NCBI GenBank assembly: GCA_951406725.2
Contig: OX597818.1
Span: 147,188,001 to 147,252,000 of the forward strand
DNA: 64,000 nucleotides
From: Octopus vulgaris
Taxonomy: Eukaryota
Direction of reading: 5' to 3'
A model generated the notes under the pieces. It did not search any database. It saw only the letters and a list, made by a program, of their open reading frames with translations, and was not told where the DNA came from. Of the stretch, positions 26,874-41,469 are shown one piece after another. The first letter of the stretch is position 1. The number at the start of each line of letters is the position of its first letter. A program made the translations under genes and the position numbers.

Positions 26874-28249
26874 GGGGGGAGAGAGAGAAAGAGAGAGAGA
26901 ATCCCATGCTAAAGATTCAAATGAATACAAACGAAGTGAATAATAATTACTCTTGCCAAACACACAAGTACACGCACACACCCATGAATGTGTATGTATG
27001 TATGTATGTATGTATGTATGTATGTATGTATGTATGTATGTATGTATGTATGTATGTACGTACGCACGCGCATTTATAAAAGAACCCTAAGTTTGCTGTT
27101 CGTTATATTACATTAAAAAATGGGACTTCTGAATTCTTGCTTGAATTCTTGCTGTTCGATAGTTTATTGTGGCTTGCAAAAATATCAGCTTTTCGACTTG
27201 CCGACTCTACATTGATTGATGTTCCAGACATAATCCGTTTGAAGCAATTCCAATTCCATCACACTACTACTTAGAGAAAGATATTACCATCATTCTTATC
27301 CGATTCCACTCGCTTGTTTAGGCGGTTACTCTGCTAGAAATAGTAGCCAAATCTCCTTCAAACCACATACTGCTGTATTTTCAAAAAATAGTCACATGAC
27401 ATTATGTCTGGGGGGAAAGCAGCAAAGAAGACACGAGAGTCATGGTTGGACCACCTTTTTATTATAGATCAGTGCAGACAAGGATAATAGTTTTCAACCT
27501 GGGATTATACAAAGAAAAACTAGGGGTCTGTGAACTGAGTTCAAAATTTGCAAAATAGACAGAATTGTTGGCATTACAAATTAGAAGTCGCATACTTTAG
27601 AGGAAAGGAAAAAGTTACGGAATTGAGTGGTAAAAATATAGAAATAAATAAACTGAAATTTTTGGTCAAAAATATTTTTCCAAATATGAAACTTGGAATG
27701 CTTTAAAAAATATAACTGAAGGAAAAAAGCTGTCCTTTTCTTTCTGCCTGTGGTATGAAATCCTGGCTAAAAATTGTTGAAAACATCGGGAGGGCATTGG
27801 AAAATTCTTTTAAATAAAAAGGATCTTTGGAAGTGAAAAGGTTGGGATCCGTTGGGGGGGGGGGGTTAAACGACAACAGCAGCAACAGCAACTCATAGGT
27901 TTGTGCGTGACCTTGTGTCTCGGAGAGAAATCGATTACTTGTACTTTTTTTTTTTTTTCTCTCTCTTTTTATTCTTCAGCGGTCAAAGATTTATTGATCC
28001 AAAGTATTGATATGAAAATGATCGGGCTCATCTCGCTACATGTTGCATTGCGGTTTAGATAATAACATACATATATTTTTTGTATTGTTAGTTTCCCAAT
28101 TGCAGATGCTGATATCAATAGGTTGCCGGATCGAACTAACAGCCGAAAATCGAAAATCCGTATCCTGTTAGCACTATACTGTACAAAAAGAAATTCTCTA
28201 CTAAGAACCGATTTAATTAAATAGGTTTAATTTCCTTCCAGGGCTATTC

Positions 28250-28820
28250 TGTCAGTGTCTTCAATGTCATCAACTGACCAGGAAAATGTTGCCGTACTCT
28301 AGTTTACGAACTTATTCTATTATTTTATTTGTTTGGACTATAGCAAAAGAGGTTATGTGGTAGCCGAGGTTGAAAAAACTGAAGGCAGACACTTTCCTTG
28401 TTCGGTCAAGCCCTCACTGATTTTCTTAAGTTCCCCTTGAAAAAGAGAGTGAGGACGGAGATCTGGTACCTCTTCTCCGGAATGTTTGCAAAACAACCGG
28501 CCGAGGTGAATGAATCTACTTTCAGCATACGTCTGTGAATCGGTGAACGACGGTCAGGAGAAGGGTAATTCTGAATTAGTGGACTTTCCTTGCCTGATTC
28601 TAAATCAGTGGACTTTCCTTGCCTGATCCTTGTTGGAGATGCTCTTCTGTAAAGTGGGCAGCATTGTCACTTATTTGTATATTGATTACTTTTTGTCTCA
28701 TTCTATATATTTTTTCATTCCATTTTTGTGTAACCTGTACTTTTATATAACCTGTTTTTGTAATGTACTCTTTATTAAATGGCTCTGTGGTAAATAAAAG
28801 AAATTATTATGATTATTATT
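28250..28820 (+). mobile_element. L1/Tx1-clade LINE 3' end fragment
   Basis: Remnant AKEVMW*PRLKK-type C-terminal peptide, a T-rich 3' UTR, AATAAA and an (ATT)n tail. Confidence 0.55.
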
Positions 28821-29949
28821 ATGCCGCTCTAAGAATACGTCTGTAGCTGGGAGAACGACATCCACACAATTTAGTGATCAGGGTGATTTTGGCTTTCTGA
28901 GCTTCTTCGAATTCGACCTAGCTGGAGCTCCTCTTGCATCAGGAGGATTGCATCATCATCTTTCATTATTTGTATATTATGTATACTTATATTTCGCGCG
29001 CGCGTCTTCTCATTCGATTTTTTATGTAAATCCCCACACTTTGTCTTGTCTTGTATTTATCTTCTTCGTGTGTCCCCCTGGTGGAATTAAAAGAACGTCT
29101 TGGAAAAGAAAATGCCTTTCACCATTTATTCCAGTAGTTTCCATCTGCCCAAATTTGCTCACATGCAAAATATGATAAAATCCACTGCCCGAGATGGGAT
29201 CGATCTTGGAATCTTAAGACAGCTGAACGAACTTCGTAACCACCTATCCATGCTTGCGCTCATATTATACACTTCAATAAATTTGAACGCGAAAACATCC
29301 TCACTCCTACTTTTTTTAGAATATCGGTTCTTTGTGACTATATGAAAATTCGATTATAGAATGACTAATCGCGTAAGCTGGAGACAATTCATCTTGCTCT
29401 CTTGCTGCATAAACGTCACCATTTAATTTGTCGGCTTCTCGTTCAAACCACACTCTTTACTCATCACAACGGTCGATTTATATCCATCTATTACTCTACC
29501 TATCTTCGAGTTAATGATGGAGTCTCTGTATGGACGCTCGTTTCGGTCGGTTAAAAAAAGCAGTCAAGTAAACATCATCTAAAACAAAACCCAAGAAACA
29601 TGAAAACTGAAAAAATTTATAAACAAGGAAACTGAAAAAATTAAACATCTTATTGAATCTAATAACATCCTTATAACAAATCATACCATTATAGCTTTGT
29701 TAAGCTGTACACAAACAAACTAGTGGAGACATACATTTACCAAACGTTTATAACTTTAGGTACAATAGGGTTTAAGTCGTCAGTTATTTTTGTATAGTTC
29801 ACTCAGAATCGTCCCAAGCTCGCTGCTGACATTCTTCTGTCTTCATTCTCCTCCCAGAGGTCCTTTTCTTTCCTGCTGACCAACTTCCTAGCTAGCCCGC
29901 AGCGAATCCTTCCCTATATAGCTCCGAACCGGAACTGTAGACTGTGATT

Positions 29950-32900
29950 GGAAACGGGGAAGGCGTTTTAATTGTCCTGCTCCTGCGTGTGATTACTCGA
30001 TTCTTTGGTGACTGTTCCTTGTCAATGGTTGGTGTGATCTGTCTAGAACGACCCGTTCGGTGGTTGGGCCACATGGACGGGGTTGTCAATATCGAGATGG
30101 GCCAGTTTCAATCTATCGATGAAGACTGTGTCTTGTCGTCCACCTATTAGGAGTTAGAATGTTTTATCTCCCGGATGTATGACTTGATATGGATCATCGT
30201 AGGGTGACTGGAAGAGTCTTCGTCGTGTGTCACGTCGAACGAACACAAAGTTAACCATGCGGAGGTGATTTGGTACGAATGGTCTGGGTGTACCGTGTGT
30301 CGTCATGGGAACAGGGCGCAACTGGTCCACGCTGTCTCTCAGTTGAGCGAGGTACCTTTTGACATCTGGGTCTGAATTCGTTTTCGGAAGGAACTCTCCT
30401 GGCACTGTGAGGGGAGCACAGTACACCATTTCCGCGGAGGAAGTGTCGAGATTTTCTTTTGGGGTAGTGCGAATTCCCAGCATTACCTATGGGAGTTGGT
30501 CGATCTAATTTGGCCCGTTAAGTCTGGTTGTCAGTGATTCCTTCAGGCGGCGATGAAATCTCTCCACTAATCCGTTGGCCTGTGGGTGGTAGGCTGTTGT
30601 GTGGTTCATTGTGATTCCGAAATCACAAAACGCATGTCATTCCACAGCTTTGAGGTGAATTGTGGATCCCGATCGGATGAGATGCTGTTTGGGACGCAGA
30701 AACGGGCGACCCAGTTCGCGATGAAAGCTCGGCTGACTTCTTGTGTTTCTGCGGAGAGGGATAGCTTCAGGCCAACAGGTGTAGCGGTCCACCAACGTCA
30801 GTAGTTACGAGCAGCCCTGTGAATGTGGTAGGGGGCCAACAAGGTCGATGTTGACATGGCTGAATTGGCCTGAGGTGGTTCATAGTTGCCGAGGGGTGCT
30901 TTGGTGTGTTGATGGACCATGGTTTGTTGACAGGGGGTGCAGGACATGGTCCAGTCCCCGATTTGCTTGGCCATACCGTACCAGATAAATTTGATTGACA
31001 GCAGCCGCCGTGTGGCTTTAGTACCTGGGTGGGAAGTCCGTGAATGATGTCGAGAACTTTCTTGCGCCGGGCTGATGGGACGATCGGTCGTGGCTTGCTA
31101 GTGGATACATCACACAGAAGGGTTGTGCCGTTGGAGCTAAAGTGTACATCCTGCAAAGAAAGTGATGTGATGGCAGTGCGGTAGGCCCTGATCTCATCAT
31201 CTGTCTCTTGAGTTGCAGCCATAGCTTCGTAATCCAAGTCTTCCGTTATTGGTGTTAGGTAGGTGTGAAAGCAGGTAGGAGCACGAGAGAGTGCGTTGGC
31301 AACTGGGTTGCCCTTGCCGGCTATGTGTTGGATGTCTGTGGTGTACTCGGAAATTACCGATAGCTATCGTTGTTGGCGTGCAGACCAAGGCTCCGAGAGC
31401 TTGCTCATAGCAAAGGTGAGTGGTTTGTGATCTGTGAATACTGTACACATGAAGCCTTCAAGGAAATACCGAAAGTGGCGGACACCTAGATGGACAGCCT
31501 GTAATTCCCTGTCGAAAACACTGTATTTCTGTTCAGGGGGTCGTAGTTGTCGGCTGAAGAAAGCGAGCCGTCGCCACTGACTGTTGATGTAATGTTCCAA
31601 AAGGCCCCCAATAGCTGTGTCGGATGCGTCAACTAGGAGTGCAGTCCGAGCTGACATGTGAGGATGTGACAGCATGGTTGCTTGGGCCAGGACTTGTTTT
31701 GTGGATTCGAAGGCTGAAGTCATTGTAATATCTCACTCCACCTGTCTTTTTGTACCTTCTTTTGACAGTGCCTTGTGTAGGGGTCTCATCACTTTTGCTC
31801 CAGAAGGGATGAAGCGATGGTAAAAGTTTACCATGACCACGAATTGATGTAGAACCTTGCTTGTGGTGGAGCGTAGAAAGGATAGGATAGCTTTTACTCT
31901 TCCTGGCAGAGGTGTAGCGCCGGCACTTTTGATTCGATGTCCCAAGAAGTCGATTTCTGTTGCACCAAAAACGCACTTGGCGAGGTTGATTACTAAAGCA
32001 TACCGTTCCAGCCTCTCAAAAAGAGTCATTAGGTGCTTCTTATGTAGCTCTGTGTTTGTGCTTGCAATGAGGATATCATCTAAGTATGCAAAGACAAAAT
32101 CGAGACCTCTACACACAGTATCCATCAGGCGTTGGAAGGATTGTGCCGCGTTTTTCATCCCAAAGGGTGTACGTAGGAATTCGTACAGACCGAAAGGAGT
32201 GATCACAGCGGTTTTCGGTACATCGTCATCTTGTACTGGTATTTGGTGGTATCCCCGGATGAGGTCAACCCGGCTAGCTGGGCTGAAAAATCTTGTATAT
32301 TTGAAATGGGGTAACGGTCAGGTGTCGTGTCGTATCCGCGTTGAGATGGCGGTAATCTCCGCAGGGTCGACAACCTCCGTTGGATTGGGGGGGGAGGCAC
32401 ATGCAGGGATGATGACCAGGGACTGCTTGATTGGCCAACTATACCCAATGCCTCCATATTGTCGAACTCGGCCTTTGCGATTGAAAGTTTGTCTGGTGAT
32501 AGACAACGTGCGCGGTTGTGCACGGGGGTGGGGTGGGGGGTGGAGATGTGGTGTTGTACCCCGTGGCGGGCTGTAGGTTTGGAGAATCTTGGAGTGGTGA
32601 GATTGGGGCGACTAACAAGAAGATCCGAGAATTCGTTCTTGGTCTGCGAGATTATTACGATGGGGAAGGGGGCGTGACATGTGCAGATGTTGCAAGAGGC
32701 ACGGAAGCGTATGTGTTGTTGCCGAGGAGTCGTCTTCTCCGCAAATCCACCAGTAAGAAGTGTGCTCGAAGAAAGTCTGCACCGATTATGGGCTGATGGA
32801 GATTATGGGCGATGGTGAATGCCCATGTGTATTTTCGTGAGCCGATGTTGAGGGAAAGGGTGCGACGACCGTATGCCTCGATTGTGGACCCGTTGATGGC

Positions 32901-33057
32901 TGTTAAAGTTGGCTACGCTTTCCGTAATCACGGAATCACGCTGACATCTGCTCCTGTGTCGATGAGGAACTTGCATCCGGAGCTGCGATCGCGGACAAAG
33001 AGGAGCATTTGGTCATGTCTGCCGACCACCAGGGTGTTCAATGGCAGCCGGCCCTAG
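29950..33057 (-). pseudogene. Gypsy pol: protease, RT, RNase H and integrase, with frameshifts and stops
   Basis: FLIDTGADVSVIP (protease); PFGMKNAAQSFQRLMD...YLDDILIAS (RT); VDASDTAIGG...DRELQAVHLGVRHFRYFLEG...TDHKPL (RNase H); integrase remnants ending LGIRTTPKENL...VFVRRD. Confidence 0.92.
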
Positions 33058-33058
33058 A

Positions 33059-33699
33059 GTTTCCCTAGGTCACTGGTGAAGGGGTCCTGAAGTTACATAT
33101 TGTTTACATTTTGTCGCCTTTTTTCCAAACTTTGCATGATAGAAGCACAGGTCATCATGCTTAACCCTACCCCGTCTCGGAGCTGACCCTATGGCGTTGA
33201 CCTGCACACCACTGGATAAAAAATGCCTGTCGGCTGCCTTTGCTACTTGCCGCAGGTCCTTGATTTCGGTCTGAGTTATGAGGACCTGGACCTGGGGTGG
33301 CAGCTTGCGGAGGAATATTGCTTTAAACAAAAAGGAAGGTGACTCACCGGATGGGGGGGGGGAACTAATGCCAACATCTTGTCCATCAGTTCTGAAGTCT
33401 TGGAATCGCCTAATTCCTCCTCCATTATCCTGGCAGCCGCTTCTCTTTCCCTTCGTCGGAATGTGTCCCCTAGCCTCTCTTTCAATATGGCATATTTTTC
33501 TGGTGGTGGGGGATGGGTTAGAATATCCAGCACCCTCGTTGCCGTGTCTTCCTCAAGTGCCGCAACAACGGGCGAGTACTTTTTTTTGGTAAGCCGTTAT
33601 CTTGTTTATATTGAATTGAGCTTCGGCCTGCGCGAACCACAGCTCAGTCCTCTTAGACCAGAACTGTGGTAGCCTCAGTGGTATTTTATTGCTAGCCAT
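33059..33699 (-). pseudogene. Gypsy gag (frameshifted)
   Basis: ATG at 33699 gives MASNKIPLRLPQFWSKRTELWFAQAEAQF...YAILKERL...FLRKLPPQVQ...LCFYHAKFGKKATKC, a typical Gypsy gag. Confidence 0.85.
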
Positions 33700-34245
33700 G
33701 TTTGTTTCGGTAGCGGGAGCTGTTGTTCTATCGTCGGGTCACCAGTTATAGCTTTGTTAAGCTAGACACAAACAAACAAACTAGTGCAGACGAGAATACA
33801 TTTACCAAAGGATCACTGCTGACATTCTGTTTTCGTTCTCCTCCCGGAAGTTCTTTTCTTTCCTGTTGACCAACTTCCTAGCTAGCCCGCAGCGAAGTAT
33901 CTGTCTACAGTTCGTCTATCACGAATCCTTCCCTACACCATGCCTATTGAGGAAGCCAAACGTCAACAATGTGTTGAAGTATTGAATCAAAAGGATCTAA
34001 TCTAACCTTTTTAATCCAATCACTTGTCACATAAACTCAACTTTTTTTGGTGGTGAGATAACCAAAAAGTACCAGCAAAAGTAGTAAATAGTTGTTATGA
34101 TGTGGTTATGTTATCATTCGGTCGTAAGATGGTCACAATTTGGCTGGGCACAAAGGCCAGAGTAATCCGAGATTACTGTAGCCAGTCATTCATCTCGAAT
34201 ATGTAGAAAAGCTATCACGTCTGTATACGTCAGTCTCTCTCTATA

Positions 34246-34434
<189 letters not shown>

Positions 34435-35267
34435 GTCTATCTATCTCTATCTCTTCCTTTCCTTCTCACTGTCCTCGTCTCTTTCTCTTCTTTCCTTTCT
34501 CTCTGTCATATATTCTTCCTCCCTTCTCTCTATTCTCCTTACCGTTTCGTCTCTATTGCTTTTTTCCTCCCTCCCTTTCTCTTTCTTTCCCTTTTTCTAT
34601 CTTTCTCTTCCTTAATGTATCTGTTTTTCTCTTCCTTCCCCCTATTATTTCCTATCCCTTTCACGTCTATAGCTTTCTTTTTCTCCCTTCCTTTCACTCT
34701 TCCACTTTTCACCTCTCTCTTCCTCTTCCTCTTCCTCGTCTCTGTCTCTGTCTTTCTCCCTCTCTATCTTTTTCTCACCCTCTCTCCCTCGTCTCTCTGC
34801 CCTTCACCTCTGCTGCATCAGTTAACAGAAGTAGCAGCAATTGTGATAGTGAGTAAGAGTATTACTAAGTGTAGCCATCTCTGATCACAGACGCTCCAGC
34901 TGTGACCATCCCATCTTTTTACAAACGTAGCGTATCTAGGACTACATTCCCAATATATCCTTCGTTAGCACAGGAGAGTGCAGTTTGGGGAAGATTTAAT
35001 TTTAGCACATCTAGGAGCTGTGTAGAAGATCCCTCATTGAGTGAGTAGCAGTCGTAGGTGTTCATGGGAGTAACGATCGTCTGCACACAAACGCGCGCGA
35101 ATTGAAATTAGTTTTCATGCTTGAAATAGCAACCAAATTCCCTCAAGCCACACACTATTGTCTCAAAACAAGAAGGACACCGTGGATAACGTGGTCAGTA
35201 GTGTACAAAAAGGCAGACTCAATCCGAACTGACCTGGGTCTTAACGATAACTCATTCTCTATCTAGC

Positions 35268-35314
<47 letters not shown>

Positions 35315-35693
35315 AACCCTAACACTGATCTCAAAACTTTGTTTCCTCATAACTTTTTTAATAATTCATGTTGCCTTGCACAAAGGAATCATCCAGTATA
35401 TTTTCTATTGCAAAAAGTTTGTTTTGGAGCTTAACTCTCCTCATCTTTGGCTGACAGAGATAATTCAATGACATTAGAGTAGTTGATGCAAAGTTTGAAT
35501 AGTTACAGGTATATACATAAAATGCTTTTACTGCAGTTTTCAGTTTGTTTGTTTGTTTTTTTGGAGGGGGAGGGGGTTCGCCTGCGGTTCATTTTGATCC
35601 AGCAAACCTATGATTAAAGGAAATCAAGGTATCGAGGATGAAGGACTTGTAGCAGAGCTGTTTAACAGATTTATTTTATTGTTATCTTGTCAA

Positions 35694-35734
35694 TGTGAGT
35701 GGATTTGGTAGACAGAAACTGAAAGAAGCCTGTC

Positions 35735-35778
<44 letters not shown>

Positions 35779-36200
35779 CGTAAAAAGCACCATCCGAATG
35801 TGGTTGATGCCAGCCCCCTCGCCCCGACTGGCTCCTGTGCCGATGGCACGTAAAAAGCACTCACTACACTCTTGGAGTGGTTGACATTAGGAAGGGCATC
35901 GAGCTGTAGAAACATTGCCAGATCAGATGGGAGCCTGGTGCGGCCCCTGGCATGCCTGACCCCAGTCAAATCATTCAACCCATGCCAATATGAAAGCAGA
36001 CGTTAAACGATGATGATGATGTTTGTGTGTGTGTTTGTTTCCTCACCATCGCTTAACAACCAATGTTGGTGTGTTTACATCCCCATAACTTAGTGGTTTC
36101 GCAAAAGAGAACGAGTACTAGGCTTACAAAGAATAAGTCCTGGGGTCCATTTATTTGACTAAATGTGGTGCTCCAGCATGGACCAAAACAAATAAAAGAG
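35694..36200 (+). mobile_element. SINE family C fragment with an RTE-tail-type short element (about 35773-36020) nested in its internal microsatellite
   Basis: The ...ggtagacagaaactgaaagaagcc block and the ...aataagtcctggggtc...ctccagcatgg block are split by ggagtggttgacattaggaagggcatc...acgttaaacgatgatgat. Confidence 0.7.
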
Positions 36201-36214
36201 TATATGATATATAT

Positions 36215-36256
<42 letters not shown>

Positions 36257-36279
36257 CTGAAATATATAGTATTATATAT

Positions 36280-37110
36280 CCACCATGGCTGATCTTACCA
36301 ATTGGTTTCACACAAGGAATGCAATGGAGTGTTAGGTAACAATCTGATTATATAAACTTAGGCTCATCAGAGTTAGCCGATGTGGAAGGGAATATGGCAT
36401 CTGCTCTCTATTGTTGGAGGTTGATTAACACAGCTGGTCAGCAGCTGCTATGAAAAAGGTGATGAAATGAAAAAGGGCCAGAGTATTAGGTTATGTCCCT
36501 TGGTTGGGTATATTGTATGCCAGAAAGAGTTATCTTGCAGTGTTTGTGGGGAAAATATGCCTTATGTGTGGTGCTCTGTGTGAATGGGGTGTGTGATATG
36601 TGTAGTGGTGTCATATGCATAATTTTTTCAAGAGCTGTAGGTATATAGAGCTGTGTTTGTTGGTCTGTTTTCTTTCTGTAAAGGATAAGATCATGAGGGG
36701 GGGGGTTATGTTAGCATGAGCGTGCGGTGTGCAATGTGTGTGGGAGTCAATATATGTGTAAGGGTACAATGAGTGTGAAAGGGTATATGTTGGGGGTGGT
36801 GGGAGACTATTTTGTGGAGTATGCATATGCATAAATTGGTGCTTGGTGAATCTCTGTGCTGGGCCCAAGTGCATTGATGCAAGGTCGAAGCCGAGGACCT
36901 GGGATTGCAGTCAAGCTGGGGTGCGCAGGTACAATAGGATGTACTTCTTTTCTTGTGGGGAAGGATTAAACACCTCACACCTGTTATTCAGGTAAACGTC
37001 TACATATTAGCCACCCTTTAAATTTGCTCTCTTCTCAGTTTGCATTTCTCCAGGATTTCCCACTTTATGCTGGACTCTGTGGTGCTTTCTATCAAAGACC
37101 AAACATGCTT
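36280..37110 (-). mobile_element. Possible Penelope-like element remnant (GIY-YIG C-terminal region)
   Basis: The minus strand has a ...YLNNRCEVFNP..HKK-like ending that resembles PLE ORF C-termini. Heavily decayed. Confidence 0.35.
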
Positions 37111-37180
37111 GGCTACAGTTGAGGTGCTACATCTCTCTCTCTCTCTCTCTCTTTATATATATTTATATATGATATGTGTG

Positions 37181-37225
<45 letters not shown>

Positions 37226-37275
37226 ATATGTTTCTGTGTGTGTATATGATATATATATGTATAAATATATATAAG

Positions 37276-37376
<101 letters not shown>

Positions 37377-37750
37377 CATATTTTTAAAAAAACTATCATT
37401 CGATATGTTATACAAAATTCATATTTTATACCACTGAAGAGCAGAAGCATTGTCTATAAATGCTTATCAATATAGGATTTCATTATAGGGACAACTTTTC
37501 TGTGAAATGATCATAAGATGCTCTAATTAATTAATTCGAAACTTTTAAAATGTCATATACATTATATATTTATACTTATACATATTTACATATATTTTTT
37601 ATACATATTTACATTTATTTATTTATATATCTTTAATACAACAATTATTTTCACACGTGTATATCTTTCTGAGGAGTTTTGGTATTAATTTCCTAATATT
37701 AATAATAATATATTATTAAAAAATATATATGTATATATATATATATACAC

Positions 37751-38020
<270 letters not shown>

Positions 38021-38767
38021 TGATGGTATATAATTATATGATATATATAAACTTTTCTGAAATAGCCATAGGTATGGACTGATCCTTTCAATTGCCTCCA
38101 TTGATCTATTACGTCCCCGCTCTTTCTGTCCTTCTCTGTACATTGGACAAAATGGATGCCACTTAGCTACTGGTTCACAGAATACATTCAAGACATTAGA
38201 CTCAGCAATGTCACCTCAGTCTTGCATCATTTCCGCTCTACTGGTCATTCATTTCAACATCTGTCTGTGTTTGGATTGCCTTAGCACAGGGGCCATCCAG
38301 ACTTCCGCCTTCACCGTAAACAGGAATTAATCTTCTCTCTTTGCTCCTTTGTGCCACATGGGCTCAACTCCCCTTTCCTCTTTATCTGACTCCCCTCCTC
38401 TCTCCTCTCCTGCCCTGACACCTATTCCTCTCTTCACTCCTACACACCTTCTCCCTTCATTGTTACCCTCCTTCCACACATCAATCCACACACTAGCACT
38501 AAGCACTTCCCAGCACCCACACCACACACCACCACACCAATCATGCCACTAACAGAATGGTAGCAGAGGTGGTTTATTAAGTGGTAAAAAAAAAGAAAAG
38601 TAAATAAATAGAAAGAGAGGCAGATAGAGTGAGGGGGGAAGTTAAGGGTTGGCATTCAGGATAAAGTAAGGTTTATAAAAATATAGTGTCTTTGAATATA
38701 ATCCATTCCAGCATTAACCTAGTATACCTTGTCATTGAGATCACCTGTGAACTAAACCCCCATATTT

Positions 38768-38807
<40 letters not shown>

Positions 38808-38810
38808 TAC

Positions 38811-38849
<39 letters not shown>

Positions 38850-39232
38850 GGTGTAAGTAGCTTGCTTACCAACCACATGATTCCAGGTTCAGTCCACCTG
38901 CATGGCACTTTGGACATCTTCTACTATAGCCTCGGACCGACCAAAGCCTTGTGAGTGAATTTGGTAGACAGAAACCGAAAGAAGCCCATCGTATATATAT
39001 ATATATGTGTGTGTATATGTATGCATATGTTTGTGTGTCTGTGTTTGTCGCCCCCAACACTGCTTGACAACCAATACTGATGTGTTTACGTCCCCATTAC
39101 TAAGCGGTTCAGCAAGAGAGATCGATAGAATAAGTACTAGGCTTACAAAGAATATGTCCTGGGGTTGATTTGCTCGACTAAAGGTGGTGATCCAGCATGG
39201 CTGCTGTCAAATGACTGAAACAAATAAAAGAA
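38850..39232 (+). mobile_element. tRNA-derived SINE (family C)
   Basis: Shares sequence with 47041-47435(-), 62279-62660(+) and 52922-53050(-). Has an internal (TA/TG)n and the tail gactgaaacaaataaaaga. Confidence 0.85.
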
Positions 39233-39253
39233 TATAAGAAAAGAAAAAAGAAA

Positions 39254-39299
<46 letters not shown>

Positions 39300-39335
39300 G
39301 CATACACATATATAATCATATATATATTATATACA

Positions 39336-39671
39336 TCCGGGACCCCCTTCGATCACGACACTGACCATGGGATTGCACCTAGAAAGTTACCCTCCTAGAC
39401 ACAAGTCTGGGCAAGGTTGTTTATGGAAGACCAGCAGTCGCCCATGCATACAAGCCTCCCCTCTCCACGCCACCAGTGTTATCCAAGGGAAAGACAAAGG
39501 TCGATACAGCTTGGCACCAGTGACGTCGCAACTCATTTCTACAGCTGAGTGAACTGGAGCAACGTGAAATAAAGTGTCTTGCTCAAGAACACAACACGCA
39601 GCCCGGTCCGGGATTCGAGCTCACAACCTCACGATCGTAAGCTCGACGCTCTAACCACTGAGCCATGCGCC
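39336..39671 (-). mobile_element. tRNA-derived SINE (family B)
   Basis: The minus strand reads GGCGCATGGCTCAGTGGTTAGAGCG...GCTCGAATCCC (A/B boxes), then gtgttcttgagcaagacactt. A related head lies at about 62910(+). Confidence 0.85.
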
Positions 39672-41027
39672 TTATATACATATATGTTATATATATGTGT
39701 GTGTGTATATATATATAACATATATGTATATAATATATATATCATTAAATACATATGCATATGTAAGTATGTAAGTATGTATGTATGCATATGACCATCC
39801 AACATCAATCTGTTGTTTATGTTTGAGCTACATGCTGATTTGGCACTATATATATACATACATTTTTTTTATATATACATACATTTTTTTTATATATACA
39901 TACATTTTTTTTATATATACATACATATTTTTTATCTGTCAAAAACCATATCCTCATATTGTAAGCTTACTACTCTGAATTTAACAACACTTACCTAAGA
40001 CATATTCTTTCTCCTTCCCTATGGCACTTGTAATGAGATCTTGCAATCAAAATATTGGTTTCAAATTTTGGCACAAGTTCAGGAAGCTCAGGGGAGGGAG
40101 TAAGTCAAATATATCAACCCTAGTGTTCAACTGGTACTTGTTTTATCAACTCTTAAAGAATACAAGGATAAAAGGCAAATCAACGACCTTGGCAGAATTT
40201 GAACTCAGAACATAAAATGGACAAAATGCTGCTAAGTATTTTGCCCAATGTGCTAATGCTTCTGCTGGCTTATCACCTTCTTACAATCAAAGTATTAAAT
40301 TCTGTAAAAATCACCACAGATGTATGTTAGAAAATGGAAAGATTTGTTTGTTCCCAAGCAATTGGAGCAAATAAAAATATTTGCAACAAAGAAAAACTGT
40401 ATTTAAAGATGGTATTTATATATCTCATCCAATAAATGTAAATGATTGAAACTACAGAAATTTATTATTTATTTCTTTCTTTGGCCAGAAAATGAAACTC
40501 AGTTATTAAAGAGAAAACATGAACATAGTTATCAAAAGGAAAACATCAACTTGGATGTGTAAAAGACATCAAGTGCATTTTTTACGGACTTTTTTTTTTG
40601 TTTTAGAATATAATTTTATTATTTTTGCTGTGCACTTACTTACATCTCATGGGACAGCACTGTGTTGTGGAACACCATTTGGGAATTGCTAAAACAAGAT
40701 GTTAGTCAAGACTTGATGACTTTTAACAATCGCAATGACTAATATTCAATGAATATTTAATAGATATCATCATATATCTATACACAACTATAATGTTATC
40801 CCTTTTGGTATTGATCATGTGAATACTCATAGTTCCTCTTACTAAACTGGACTTGCCTACTTTCAGTAACTGAGTTAATAAATGTTTAATGGTTATGTGT
40901 TTTAACTGTATTCATGTAGGTGTATGTGTGCGTGTGTTTGGGACTTTATGTATAAATGCAAACAATACAATATATATATACACACATACATACATCAGTA
41001 TATATATATATATATATATCTCATCCA

Positions 41028-41084
<57 letters not shown>

Positions 41085-41437
41085 TCATCATCATCATCGT
41101 TTAACATCCACCTTCCATGCTGGCATGGATAGAATGATTTGACAGGAGCCAGCCATGCAGAAGCCTGCACCAGACTTCTGTGACTGTTTTGGCAGGATTT
41201 TTACACCTTCTTAACACCTAGCACTCAACAGGGGAATGAAAGACTGTCAGTTACCACACTACGATGTGACTACTGCATTAAAATCCAGTAACCTAGCATT
41301 TCTACCCAAAAACAGTTCCAAACTGCTGTGTCCACATGCAATATACACATAGTGTGTACTTGTAATTATGGTCAATGATATCTAGGAAAAAGCATGTCAT
41401 ATATAATATGCACTTTTTTGTATCATCATCTTTAAGT

Positions 41438-41469
<32 letters not shown>

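Larger units (their letters stand above)
29690..33937 (-). mobile_element. Full-length but decayed Ty3/Gypsy LTR retrotransposon, antisense in tubulin intron 1
   Basis: 3' LTR 29690-29918 and 5' LTR 33747-33937. TSD CCAT at 29686-29689 and 33938-33941. PBS TGGTGACCCGACG (tRNA-Trp-like) at 33732-33744. Domain order is gag-PR-RT-RH-IN. Confidence 0.95.

Noticed and set aside
31857-32576. 239-aa plus-strand ORF
   Set aside because: It is the antisense shadow of the Gypsy RT and has no independent protein features.
37433-37545. Hammerhead-like CTGAAGA...CGAAAC with a long insert
   Set aside because: Helix I and III pairing is not convincing and the spacing is too long to call by eye.
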